Origin: Lytechinus pictus
Lineage: Eukaryota
DNA: 64,000 nt
Assembly (NCBI RefSeq): GCF_037042905.1
Contig: NC_087259.1
Location: 24,986,001-25,050,000, forward strand
Direction: 5' to 3'
Positions 52,636 through 64,000 of the stretch are shown piece by piece. The notes beneath the pieces were generated by a model. The model worked only from the letters and a program-made list of their open reading frames with translations, searched no databases and was not told the DNA's origin. The translations under genes were made by a program, and so were the position numbers. Numbering within the stretch: the stretch's first letter is position 1; the number at the start of each line of letters is the position of its first letter.

Positions 52636-55095
52636 CATTTTTATATTATTATTTTTAACTGATTTCAATGTCAAATACCTTTTTTTATAACGTCTCCAAA
52701 TCAGCAGAATTGGGAACATAATGTAAACACCTTCAGAGGAATAAAAGAAGTATGTTTATATAAACATTGCAATTACCACTTGATTAGAAATATATCGATC
52801 ACGATCCAATACATTTCATTTCTGGAATGATATAAAAAAAAAAGAATTAATTTTCGACAATAAAGTGCAATCGCCCGATAGCAAATATCAGTAGTAGCAA
52901 GATCCAAACTGTTTTATTGGGTACCCCTGGGTAACCTTTCCCACCTTCAGTGCCACTGCCGGACCTACACATCCAACGTGTATGGGGGGGGGGGGTGGGC
53001 TGCAAAATGCAGGGCAACGAGGACTGCGAGGTGCCCAAATATCCTCGTGTATTGGTAATTTTGTGACCGAATGTATAATTTCTGCACGTTTCACATCATG
53101 TAAAAAGGCTAAATAATAATTGGAAAAAAATGTTCGCTCGCTTTGCTCGCTCGAAAATTAAAAATTGTGAAGTTGATATTTGGGCAATTATTATCAGCCC
53201 CCCCTTGAAAAAAATTGTGCCTATATACGTCCATGCCTATCACCCCCACCTTGCTCATTCTTGTCACTTGCCCCCCCCCCCCTGACGAAATATGCCAGGT
53301 ACGCCACTGCTTGCTCCCTTTTTATTTCAATACTTGAAAATTCTTAGGGGGTCGCCTTTTGTAATGCATATTAAGATTTTTTTTTAAAGGTAAATTTAGA
53401 GTACAACTCGTGACAAAGGCAATATTAACACAGAACTTTATCATTTTGAAGAAAGAGAGAGAAGGGGGTGGGGTGATAAAGGGTTTGTCTCACCCACGGA
53501 CCAACGTCTGTGGTATATAGGACTTCTTTTGAACCAAATCAAAATATACTCAAAGATGCACGGGAAGCGTAAACATGAAAAAATAAGTGAAAGAGCGTTT
53601 TGTTTATAATTCAATCATGAAGCAATATATATTCAGCAAAACTCTCATATGAACACTTCAAATAAAGTTGGAGAAGATTAAAACTCGCGAAGTTTCATTT
53701 ATCAATTCCTACAGAGTTGACAAACCCTCCCTGTCAAACAAGTAGACAAGAAACATGAAGGAATCTAGTCTACCATTTCACACTCTCATTATGCGAAAAC
53801 CAAGGGTACGTGCCTGCATGCGGACTTATTCCTAAACATATTCTGATTGGTCGAAAGTTACCTGTCTATCAAGATTGCTCTTACGAAAGAGGTGTGGTGA
53901 CGCTCAATGCAATGGACTGGACTCCAGGGTCCCCGTCTTACAAAGAGACACGAATGATCCGATATTTTAACACACATACATCATATCTAGAAACAAACAT
54001 ATGCGTTTTAGATGTTAACGTTACTATAAAATTCCATAGTTTTAGTTTAATCGGATCAATCGCAACTCTTTGTAAGACGAGGAACCTGTTAAGGACTGCA
54101 TTTAGTGACTCATGAATAGGACACACATCTCACCAATCAAATAATGCGGGCGCGAAGCGCGAGCTAAAATTTGTGATATTTAAACCTGACAATTTGACAT
54201 TCTAAGCATTTTTGTAACCAGGAACAGAATGAGCCTACCTTACTAAACAATAATTCATGCAAGCGCGAAACGCAAGCCAAAAACTTATGATATTCCAACC
54301 TGAAAACTAGACATTCTAAACATTTTGTAACCATGAACAGGAAGAGTTGCTTACTAAACAATAACTGATGTGAGCGCAAAGCGAGAGCCCAAAGATTTGT
54401 GATTTTCTAACTAGAATGTATTATGTTTTAGTTTTAAAAAGGCATATCATTTTGAAAGAGGGCATATTCCATTTTGAAAAAAGGGTATTCTTTTTTCCTA
54501 CGGTTTTTTTTTTTTTGGGGGGGGGGTGGGGGGAGTGCCCTCTGCCCCCTGGTTCCATTGCCCCTGATTTGATCTCTTGATTATGGCCAGTGATTAGAAT
54601 TTAATCAACCGGTTTAATAAAGGCAAATGATTCGAGGATATAACAGGACATTCTGCGTGACACTAGATTGCGGCATTTTAATCGTCTTATTCGTCTTATT
54701 CTTATTGGAATTTGTTGTTTATTTATTGTTGAGAGGGAAGCGATTATCAGACCGGTTCTCACTTATAACCCCACCCCCTCCTCTAGTCTTGCAGATAATA
54801 CGCCGGGTAAATCTTCAATCAGAGGCTAATAGATAAATATAGCCAATGATCCAAATGATCTCTAAATACCCGCACATAATAATGATAATTGAAAACACGG
54901 AGAAGTATTTTGTACTTTTATTATAGATCGAACGCTCAAACAGAGGTGTCTTGTTAATTCCCTCTGGGAAAGGTAATACTTCCACGGAATGCACACTGGT
55001 ACTTCTATAGGGTATTCCAATCTATGAATGCCTCTTTCAGTTACGAGCACATAAAAACGAATTATTTTAAGTGTTGCTATATTATGATAGGTAAT

Positions 55096-55315
55096 CAGTA
55101 GCGTACGCAGGGTTTTTGAAAGGGGGTGGGGTTTCGAGTTGAATGAAAATTTGACAAGCAAACAAAAAAGTAAAATAAGGTTTTCACCAAAAAGAGAGAA
55201 AATTTTGTCTTTTCATAACAAAACAAATTGACAAGAAAAAAAAAAGTTTCAAATAAAGCCGAGGGGGGGGGGGGATTTGAACCCCTGTAACCCCCTCCCC
55301 CTGCGTACGCGCCTG
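55096..55315. mobile_element. hAT-like MITE
   Basis: TAGGTAAT|CAGTAGCGTACGCAGGG ... CCCTGCGTACGCGCCTG|TAGGGAAT (8-bp TSD, one mismatch). Confidence 0.7.
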
Positions 55316-55635
55316 TAGGGAATCCTTTTAGAGTTTCAGGGTTTTAGATTTTGGTTCAATCATGGAGCTCTATGGTTCAATTAAACGACCTTTATTCGTA
55401 CTTGCTCAGGTTGTATAACTCGACTATTGTTGACTTCGATGATGTCAAGCCTTTTAATATACACATTTATTTTGAACTGTTTTGATAACATTCATTTAGG
55501 CCGACGTACTTTATCAAGAGAACACATGCTTTTTGTATTCCATTGGTGAAGTGCCAAGTAAACACTGATTGTTTCCTTTGTTTTCGCCGCTTATGCAAGT
55601 TTTCAAAATGCGTGCCCATAAACGTGACATAAACT

Positions 55636-55738
55636 TATAAAAAGGCCATGTTTCTCCTTTGTTGTGAATCACTGAGCAAGAGGTCTTCTTGGAGCGTACC
55701 TGGAGTGGATAACGGCTTTTCTCCCCAAAGTAAATCTG
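55636..55738 (+). promoter_or_regulatory. Probable TATA box, initiator and non-coding first exon of the SOUL/HEBP2-like gene
   Basis: TATAAAAA at 55636, Inr-like TCACT at 55669, and a donor CTG|GTAAGT at 55738/39. A matching acceptor TTTCAG| at 56839 lies 17 nt before the ATG. Confidence 0.5.
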
Positions 55739-56856
55739 GTAAGTTGGTGTAAGACATTGCAGTTCTTCTATCAGTTTAAGTGATATCCTGAATTAAATAT
55801 AAGTTTTATTTTATAAACAAGACCGTTGTTTGGTATGTTTGGTATGCTTGGGAGGGGGGGGGGGGGCACGCAGTGCCCTAAGCCTGAGCTTTCGCGTATA
55901 TGGCGAGTGGCCATGAACGTTCTGCAACATATAATTCGACAATTTTAGCAGTGTTTCGAGTACACACTGTAAAAACGCTGTTTAACATTTTAAGCACGTT
56001 GTTTAAGCCCGTCACTCTAACAACTATTGTTTAAAATTTTTATACAATTGTTTAAATTTTTTAAACAAGTTGTTTAAAAAGTATAAACAATTACAAAAAA
56101 GTTTAAATAACTTGTTGTTATTGACAGGCTTAAACAATGTGTTATTATTTTTTTTACTGTGCATTAGTTTTCAGTCAGATATAGCATAACGTGTCGCCAG
56201 TGGCGTACGTACATTATGAGGGGGTGCATGCCCTGAGGCGCTTTCTCACCCCAAAAGAAATTTCGCGACCATGAAAAAAAAAGAGAAAGGGAGAGAAAAG
56301 GAAAGAAAGAGAAAAGGGTAAAATATGATATTATTTTTTGAATAATATGTCAAAATCCATCACAAAATTGGATTCTTGTATTGTAATAAAAATGTCGAAA
56401 TTTTTGCTCACTCGATCGCTTCGCTTGCTCGCGCTTTTGATATGGATCTCATGAAAAGCGCTATATAAGAATAAGATATTAATGTCATTATCATTAACTT
56501 TTTTTTATATAAATTTGCCAGATGCGCCATTTCAAGTCCCCTCAAATTTTTGGCTCATTACGCCACTGCGTGTCACAGTCACGATGCACATGTGCTCGCC
56601 CAAGAATTTTTCCTACTTTTCAAGGGCACTTTTTTTATTTTTTATAGCAAACCACCGTATGATTACTTTTAGCAATCAGGTAGTCGAGGTTACTAAGTGT
56701 ATATGGGAAAAATGAGCCAGAGTGGGGAAATCTCATATACTATTCTATAGTAGCATTACTAGAAAATATAGGAATTATATAAATATTCAATTAATTTAGG
56801 TACTCAACGTTCGAACCCACCATCTCTCTTCCATTTCAGGTGGTATTAGTATAACC

Positions 56857-59795
56857 ATGGCTCATCTAAGCCAGAATATACTTCTACTTATGCTGCTTGT
56901 TCCTGCGACTCTGGCATGTGTCAGGAGTTTAGGAGGAGGTGCTACCTACGATGGACCTGATCAATGTCATGGTTTGCAGTGCCCAAGATACAGAACCGTC
57001 ACAGAGGTTCCCAAGGTGAGAATCTCCCTTGGACGGCTCATTTTAAGAAATGGAAGTTTGAATTATAATTTTTGTCATCTGCACATGTATCATTGTATGT
57101 ATCCTGTTAACTGTGTATAAGCATAATACTTGCCATCAAAGTTGTGTTAAATATCATGTATTGTGCCATTGCATAAAACTTTCCGCTTTTTTTTGTTTTT
57201 TTTTAAATTATCATTTATGTTTTTTTGTTCTAATGATGTTATGATCATTTGTAAATAGTTTAATTATGTTTGATTTTTTAGTTTTGTTTATACTTGGTCC
57301 GTGTTGACCCAATAAAACATATAAATACAAAAAAAGAATCCCCCTTGGAAGAGCAACTATGCTTTTTGTTGGCAAGTATCATTATTCATATCTTTATCGT
57401 ATATCATTTTCATAATGTAGTGATATGACACAAAGATATCAGAAATCATTCTTTGATTTTAATGCAGGATAAGGTAGGAAGAAGTAGGATATAATATAGT
57501 GGTTATGTCTCCGGACGTTATTTTGATAAAATCGTTCAGGGTTCGATTCCCGCCGTGGTACGAACGTCCTCGGCAAGTGACCTTGATCTACATTTGCCAC
57601 ACTTGACCCAGGTGAGGTTTATGGCCTAATACGCGGTAGGAATAGTCTTCGAAATGCTTCAAGCCCCTTGTTTGCAGTTATGATAAAACCGGGGTATAAT
57701 AATGTAAAAGTTTGTAGTGAATACATATATATATATAATTTCTTACAAATCTTCTTTTGATATTTTCATAATTACGAATGGCTATTTATTCAATATCTGA
57801 TTTGTTTTCTTCTATTTGTAGAAATACGAGAAGCGAGTTTATGAGCCCGCCAAGTGGGTATCTACTACAGTAATGGGTCTTACTCATGATGAAGCTACAA
57901 GTACTGGATTCATGAGACTTTTCGACTACATAGATGGTGAAAATGACGAAAGTAAGTCCTTTATATTACAACTTTGGTGTACACAACACTTTTTACCCCT
58001 GGGCAAGGGTGGCGTCAGGACAATTTGATAGGAGTGGGGAAGGGGGCAGGGGGCTAGACGACCTAAGGTTGACGTCATATTTTTTCTTAACAGAACTATA
58101 TAGAGGTATTGTAGATGTATTCACGACCAAGGCGTCTCCCTTTTATACCATTTTCTTTCCTTGATCTCCTTTTCTCCCCTTTTCTCCCTTTACATTACTA
58201 CGGGGAAAAAAGCTGTTGACTGCCCCCTTTGGCACCACTCCTACTGTAGGGGCTCGCTTCATAAAAAATATAAATAAAACGGGAAATTTTGCCATTATTT
58301 TACCTTGTCAAACCTTGGAAGTTAAAGTAATTGTAACTGTAACGGTAGAATTGGTGTCCTAGCTTATACACAACAATCTTATTTGTTCCTATTTACCAAT
58401 GATATGATAAACCCCAGATCTATTAGTCTGCATCATAAAATGGTGAACCTTCTGAAGTTTACACCGGCAGGGCAGTAGACTGCAAATCACCAGTGTGCTG
58501 CTCACGTGTGGGTCAGAGTGTTGCTCTGAAACTTTCTACAGATATTTTGTTCTTTATATTAGGATCCAATAAGTTCCAAGCTCTAATAGTTCTTGGAAAG
58601 AATTAATTTTTGTAAGTTTCTGTCCGGGTGATATCCTAATCACATGACTGGCTGAAATCTGTATATGACTGGTCATTTATTTTAGCTTTTTCTAATGACT
58701 GATACTGACGACTATCATAGTTCCGTTGCCCAGCCATAGGTTTTGAGATAAAAATGAATTATGATAAAAGTAGGATGCACTTCACAATCTTGCACACCAT
58801 ATATAAAACACATCATTTCCGGGAATTAGATTAGTTACCTGCATGCACTTGAAAAGTCGTTACCTAGCAACAAAGTTATTCATTTCGATTTCTTTTTTTC
58901 CTTCCAGAAAAGAAGGTTGAGATGACCGCTCCCGTTGCGGTAAGGGTCATCCCTGGACAAGGTCCAGCTTGTGAAACCAATTTCACCATCTATTTCTTCG
59001 TTCCCTTCGAGTACCAAGAAGCATCCAATCCACCCCCTAACCCAAGCAATCCTAATATTAGCATCGTTGACTTCCCAGAGTTGACGGTTTATGTTGGGTA
59101 AGTACATTTTGCATCCAATTTGCGTATTTCTTATAAGTGAATAGATTGACAGTAAAGCTAGCACTGGGACAGATTGTGCTTTGATTTTAAATACTTTGTT
59201 AGTTGGAATGAAAGTGAGTTCCTAATAAGATATTAGAATACTAAATTAGAATATGTATACATATTCATCATTTAATGTCATCGAGAAATGAAACTGCTTT
59301 TATTTGCTGTTCAAACCAGTCATTTCGATTGGCTGGTATTGTCTTTGTCTCAGTTAACTTTGAATATAAATGGCATTAGCACTTGAGACATAGGCTCGTT
59401 TATTGATTAAAAAATAATTTTAATTCATTGATAAATTTGAGAAAAAGCACATTTTCTAACTTAAGTATTATTAAAAGGAAAAGTCATATTTATACCCCTG
59501 ATAGAATCAACATTAGATATACAATTTTATAGTGATATTTTAAACGCAGTTGTGTAAATTACTTTTGTTTTCATGCAGAAAATTTGGAGGAAGGGCTGAG
59601 GACGATGACTGGATTGAGAACGAAACAAAACTGGGAAACATCTTGATCGAACTGGGAATAACCTTTGAAGAGTCAGTGTACTATACAGCCGGTTATGATA
59701 GCCCGTTCAGATTATGGTACAGACATAATGAGGTCTGGCTTCTCGCAAAAGACGCGGAAGACGCAGGAGATACGAATGTAATAGAGTCTTTGTAA
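56857..59795 (+). CDS. SOUL family heme-binding protein (HEBP2-like) with predicted signal peptide, 4 coding exons, 231 aa
   Basis: Exons 56857-57015, 57822-57951, 58908-59097 and 59579-59795 (GT-AG, 696 nt). SOUL motifs CPRY, YEKRVYEPAKWVST, GFMRLFDYIDGEN, VEMTAPV, TIYFFVP, PPNPSNPNI, VYVGKFGG, YYTAGYDSPF, RHNEVW. Confidence 0.93.
57495..57710 (+). mobile_element. Diverged tRNA-derived SINE in a SOUL gene intron
   Basis: TAGTGGTTA ... GGGTTCGATTCCCGCC (B box) ... GACCCAGGTGAGGT ... CCGGGGTATAAT. Confidence 0.6.
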
Positions 59796-60540
59796 GAACT
59801 CAATAAAAACATTACAGTTATCTATCGATGACGTATTCGTGACGTAACGCAATATAGTCACTGATACAACTCGCTGCATTAAGTGGACATCGTTTGGTCA
59901 CAACTCGGAAGGAAAATAGAATTACGAACGTATTTAGTTATGGAAGTGTGGATACATTGTATGACGTAAATAAGTATAGACCAATGTCTACCCAAGCGAT
60001 AATTGTTAGTGAGATGATTCCTTGGTATAACAATGAAGTGATTTAAATTGCACAATAAAAATGATCACTAATTATTATTTAAGTTACTGAATGCGCAATA
60101 AACTTAATAAAATCAATATTCAATCGCAGTTGGAGTAATCGTAGATGATATACCACCCTGTAATTGATCGTGTACGTGACTTGAAAAAAAAAAGAAACAT
60201 TTATCTACATCTACACTCTGCAGATTTCTCTTTTCGGCAATGATTATCTGTACAAAACATCTGAACAGCTCGAATTCCAGATATTCCTGTGCACGTCGCT
60301 ATAGGACTTTTGATTTGATCAGTGGAGGCCGGGTGCAAAACCTAGATTTTGACAATATTCCCCCCAAAAAACATATTGGGTTTAGAAAATTATGTATATA
60401 TTCTTTCATCTTACCAATATTTGTTTTCCAAATGCATATCATATACGCAGTAAAATAAAATCAAACAATTGGAAATGTATAATGTTTATGACTCCGCGGT
60501 TGTATGCAAATTTTCGGTTTTGGTTGAAAGAGTGTTAATA

Positions 60541-60575
<35 letters not shown>

Positions 60576-62897
60576 GCTTGAATTATTCCAAGTAATAAAA
60601 AAACGTAAACCATGTTGTCTAATTAAGCTTTTTCTGTTGTGCAGGTAAAACTTTATTTCACCTTGTTTTCTACATTTGCTTGTTTGCTTTTTTTTTTTTA
60701 TCTATGCAGTAGTTTGATAAAGCTTACAACCATTTATTATTTGTTTCATTTACATTTGTCTGATAAAGCAATAAACCTGAGAAAGGCCAGGTGCCAAAAT
60801 AAAAGTGAATTAAGGATTCAGTCTCTTTCAAGTTTATATATTGTATATAAGTTTAAAAAAAAATTGTGAGATTAGGAATTTATGAATACAGAAACGAGAT
60901 GAGAAAAAGGGGGGGAAATGCAAATATAAGTGTGTGTGTGTGGGGGGGGGGGGGTTGTGTGAGAGATTAGGAATACAGAAACGAGGTGGGAAAGGAAAAA
61001 TGCGAATATAGGTGGGGGGGGGGGGGTTGGTAAGAACGAGGAGGATGAAGCATAAACGACAATGGTGAGGGTAGGCAAAATGCAGGGATAAACATGTTTA
61101 AATATAAACCGGAATAGGAACAAGACTACATAATAGGCCTCATCGGATATATAATGATTTTACTGGAGTATTAAGAAGGTGAGGGCAGGATAAATATACA
61201 AATATTTTTTGCAAACTAATAAAACGGAAAATGTTTGTTTTAGGTAGACAATGGGGTAGGATTTTTTTAAGCGTCTGAACAGGCTTGTGTAATGGTTGTG
61301 CTTTATACGACAATGTCAATGAATTCAGTCGAGCGCCATCTCTTGAATATTGTCCAATGAAACAAATAAGATAGGATATCACCAAAAGTGAGTGATAAGC
61401 TGTGTCTTTGGAATATATATATGATCTGAACATCATTATAATATGCCATATTGTTGTTATTTAATAGATCACATCCCCTATCAGTTGGCGAGAGCCCTTT
61501 GTTCTAATTTGTATTAAATATTTAGGTTTAAGGTTTATTGTATGATTTAGATAAGGTTTAATGTATAATTTAGTAAATAAATATATTTTGTAAAGCGCTT
61601 AGAGAGTCTTTTGACTATTACGCGCTAAATAAATTTCAAGGAGCTCTATTCATCAAAATAAATATCCATGTTTAGTTGACAAAAAAAGGGGGGGGCAAAT
61701 ATTTGAGTTAAAAGAGGAACTCTAAATCATCTTAAGTTGGGTTAATATTACATGTATACATGCATGCCTATTACGATTCTGATTATCCATAAGAATAACA
61801 TGTATTTCATTTTTTTTTATATTGTGAATCATACCCCTTTCCTCGTGAACAGTGGTGACAGTACGGTTGGGGCGGCTGGCAGGGGGTGACCACCGCCTCT
61901 GATTTTTTTTTAAGTTGTAGGAAAAAAAATAAAGGGGAGATAAAAGGAAGGGTGGAAAAAAGGGAAAAGGAGAGCGAAGAAAGAAAAGCGTGACTAAAAG
62001 AAAGGTCGTGTACGGTGTAACTCGATATACTCATTTAACTCAATTTAGAAATCAAAATACATCGTTCTGTCCCCTATTAAATCACACTGGTTCCGCCACT
62101 GCTCATGAAAAACAACATACGTCAAAGCGACAAACAACATAATTTACCTTGTGATATTTGTGAAAAAATAATCCATATGGTTGTCAGATATCTACATCCG
62201 TATGGTAATATTTATTTACTTGAGGGAAAATTGAAATAAATCGACACACATTTATTCATGGCAGCACATTGAATTACGCCGTAATCTAAATTCAGACACC
62301 ATCCTCAGCAATATACGAATTAGTCAATATTACTTTTAAAAACCTTACGGTTCTTTTCAATATGCATTTTATTTAATTACACCCAATGCCATTATGAAGA
62401 AAAAACAATCCGCGCAATATATGCAACGAATACCGAAGAATAATCCGTGTATGTTTGCATGTGGTTTTTTTTTTTAATTTCTCATGGAACATTGAATATA
62501 TCCATGAATAAACCCTGCAAGAAAGGATGATGTTATCATGGAATGCATGTGAGAATCACAACCACCGTTGCAGGCGTTGAATCCGTTTTCACATTGATGA
62601 GCTCCATTATGTTAATGAGATGGAGAGAAATCGATGATGAGAGTTAGATTTTTGTCGGCCAATCAGGAGCGACCATCAAGGCAGATGGCGGTCATGGAAA
62701 AGCTTTAATCTGCAAGTCTGCAACCGAGGCGTAGTAATAAGGTATCTTCTCATAGATGATAGTGCTTCAAGCGTGTGGCTATTATACAGTAATAAACAAA
62801 TATGATTATTTATCATAATTGGTTGTCATAAATACAACACTTGATTTAGAGTGAAGTGACGATGGGATATAAGGTGAATGGCTGAAGGAGCGGTAGC

Positions 62898-64000
62898 ATG
62901 CATGCTTTGAAGGAATATCGCGCAATACTCGAGCATGAAGACTATCAGGATCTATGTGCAAACAGTGACGATGACTTGTTCAAGCATCTGGATGGGAAGT
63001 CGATTCCAGGGTTGGTGGGAGTCGGTAAACGAGCTCGACTATGGCCGTTCTTTCTCGAGAGCATCACCGAGGAGGTAGAGCCATTGACGACTAGCAGGGA
63101 GGCATCACCTCTCATTTCAACGCGGCCTCGACTGCAACCTGTAAATCATCCTTCGCTCCCTCCTCTCCATCAGCCGACATCTGATGTCGATGACCTAGTT
63201 GTCGATGATGATAGCATCTCTGTAGCGACGAAGCCGCGTCGAAGCCACATCATCACCAACGCCCGGTATTTCGCAATTTTAGGAAGAAACGGAAGGTACT
63301 CCATCGTGATCAAGGAACCACCTGGTGTCGCCCAAATCCTGCCAGTGACTAATAACTCGTACATTTATTGTGATAACAACAATATAGAAACGCCTGCGAT
63401 CGCGTCTGAGAATCCGTCATGCCTGCCTGCCCCCTTGACAATAGGCGAGCCCAATGTGACGGCCGTCAATAACAATAACCCCGTACAGTCGTTGAGTCGT
63501 ACGGGGCAAAGTACACATCAGGCGAATTCGCTTCATACAAACTGTGTCAATAGAGATGCAATACCGAACGTTATAACATTTGAGAATATTAACGGCCATG
63601 TTTCGTATGATTCGACAGAGGAGCTAGAAGTGATAACGCCTGACTCGGATCCATATGGATATATTGGAGATTTTTCTTGTGATCAGAAGGAGGAGAATAT
63701 TTTAAGTGAAGCAGAACATGAAATAGCCTGTGAGGAAAATTTTGGAAATAGCAGTGATAATACTACCGGCGGAATGTCGACGTTCTTCGGGCCAAAGCCC
63801 CAGAAACGGGTGGTGATTGTTCGCTCAGCTGAGGCACAGAAAAAACATGATCAAGCAGATGCAAGAAGAAGGGAAGGTAAGGACACGAAGAGAAGAAAAA
63901 AGGCGGTTAAAATTGCCGTGGTAGAAGATGATCCTAACGCCCCTGTGCCTAAAAGTATTCTGAAAAACATAAAATCTGACAAAAGTAAACAATCTGCGTC
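62898..64000 (+). CDS. Unannotated ORF of at least 367 codons, open to the window end; probably a largely disordered protein, product unknown
   Basis: Manual translation from ATG 62898 (MHALKEYRAILEHEDYQDLC...VPKSILKNIKSDKSKQSA) has no stop over 1103 nt in otherwise stop-rich DNA. GC content is visibly higher than in the flanks. A CCAAT box lies at 62659. It is probably missing from the ORF track because no stop falls inside the window. Confidence 0.75.
   Translation, partial: MHALKEYRAILEHEDYQDLCANSDDDLFKHLDGKSIPGLVGVGKRARLWPFFLESITEEVEPLTTSREASPLISTRPRLQPVNHPSLPPLHQPTSDVDDLVVDDDSISVATKPRRSHIITNARYFAILGRNGRYSIVIKEPPGVAQILPVTNNSYIYCDNNNIETPAIASENPSCLPAPLTIGEPNVTAVNNNNPVQSLSRTGQSTHQANSLHTNCVNRDAIPNVITFENINGHVSYDSTEELEVITPDSDPYGYIGDFSCDQKEENILSEAEHEIACEENFGNSSDNTTGGMSTFFGPKPQKRVVIVRSAEAQKKHDQADARRREGKDTKRRKKAVKIAVVEDDPNAPVPKSILKNIKSDKSKQSA

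Larger units (their letters stand above)
50741..53309. mobile_element. 2.57-kb composite non-autonomous hAT-like element
   Basis: CTTGCTCC|CACTAGCGTACC ... GGTACGCCACTG|CTTGCTCC. It has the same termini as the 250-310 bp MITEs at 13857 and 14263 and contains an about 80-bp tandem array and a nested TTAA element. Confidence 0.8.

Noticed and set aside
62862-62897. In-frame ATG...TGA upstream of the terminal ORF read as selenocysteine or readthrough
   Set aside because: There is no redox motif context and no visible SECIS. A short uORF or chance is more parsimonious.

Overview
Eukaryotic, intron-rich, AT-rich animal DNA. The repeat families resemble those of sea urchins, but this is inference only. 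Four complete spliced genes can be reconstructed by hand with consistent splice phases. (1) A 10-exon GH13 alpha-glucosidase/maltase-like gene (-, 21859..8820, 609 aa) with a signal peptide, an intact D-E-D catalytic triad and a C-terminal RDEL. (2) A 14-exon SCFD2 (-, 43482..30601, 676 aa) with one probable GC-AG intron. (3) A 3-exon PHPT1 (+, 44711..47212, 119 aa), head-to-head with SCFD2. (4) A SOUL/HEBP2-like gene with a signal peptide (+, 56857..59795, 231 aa). A fifth ORF of at least 367 codons (62898 to the window end) is missing from the ORF track and carries LxxIxE and SILK phosphatase-docking-like motifs. A near-intact 1.9-kb DD34E Tc1 transposon with one homopolymer frameshift sits in the last GH13 intron. 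The rest is dense, often nested non-autonomous elements (hAT-like, Harbinger-like, TTAA/Kolobok-like MITEs, a Helentron/HINE with a 163-bp tandem array, tRNA-derived SINEs) plus two assembly gaps. There are no CRISPR arrays, rRNA genes or credible tRNA genes. I found no clear multi-gene novel system. The best leads are the RDEL-bearing GH13 enzyme, the unannotated terminal ORF, the possibly intact Tc1, and tandem duplications of splice junctions in two different genes.
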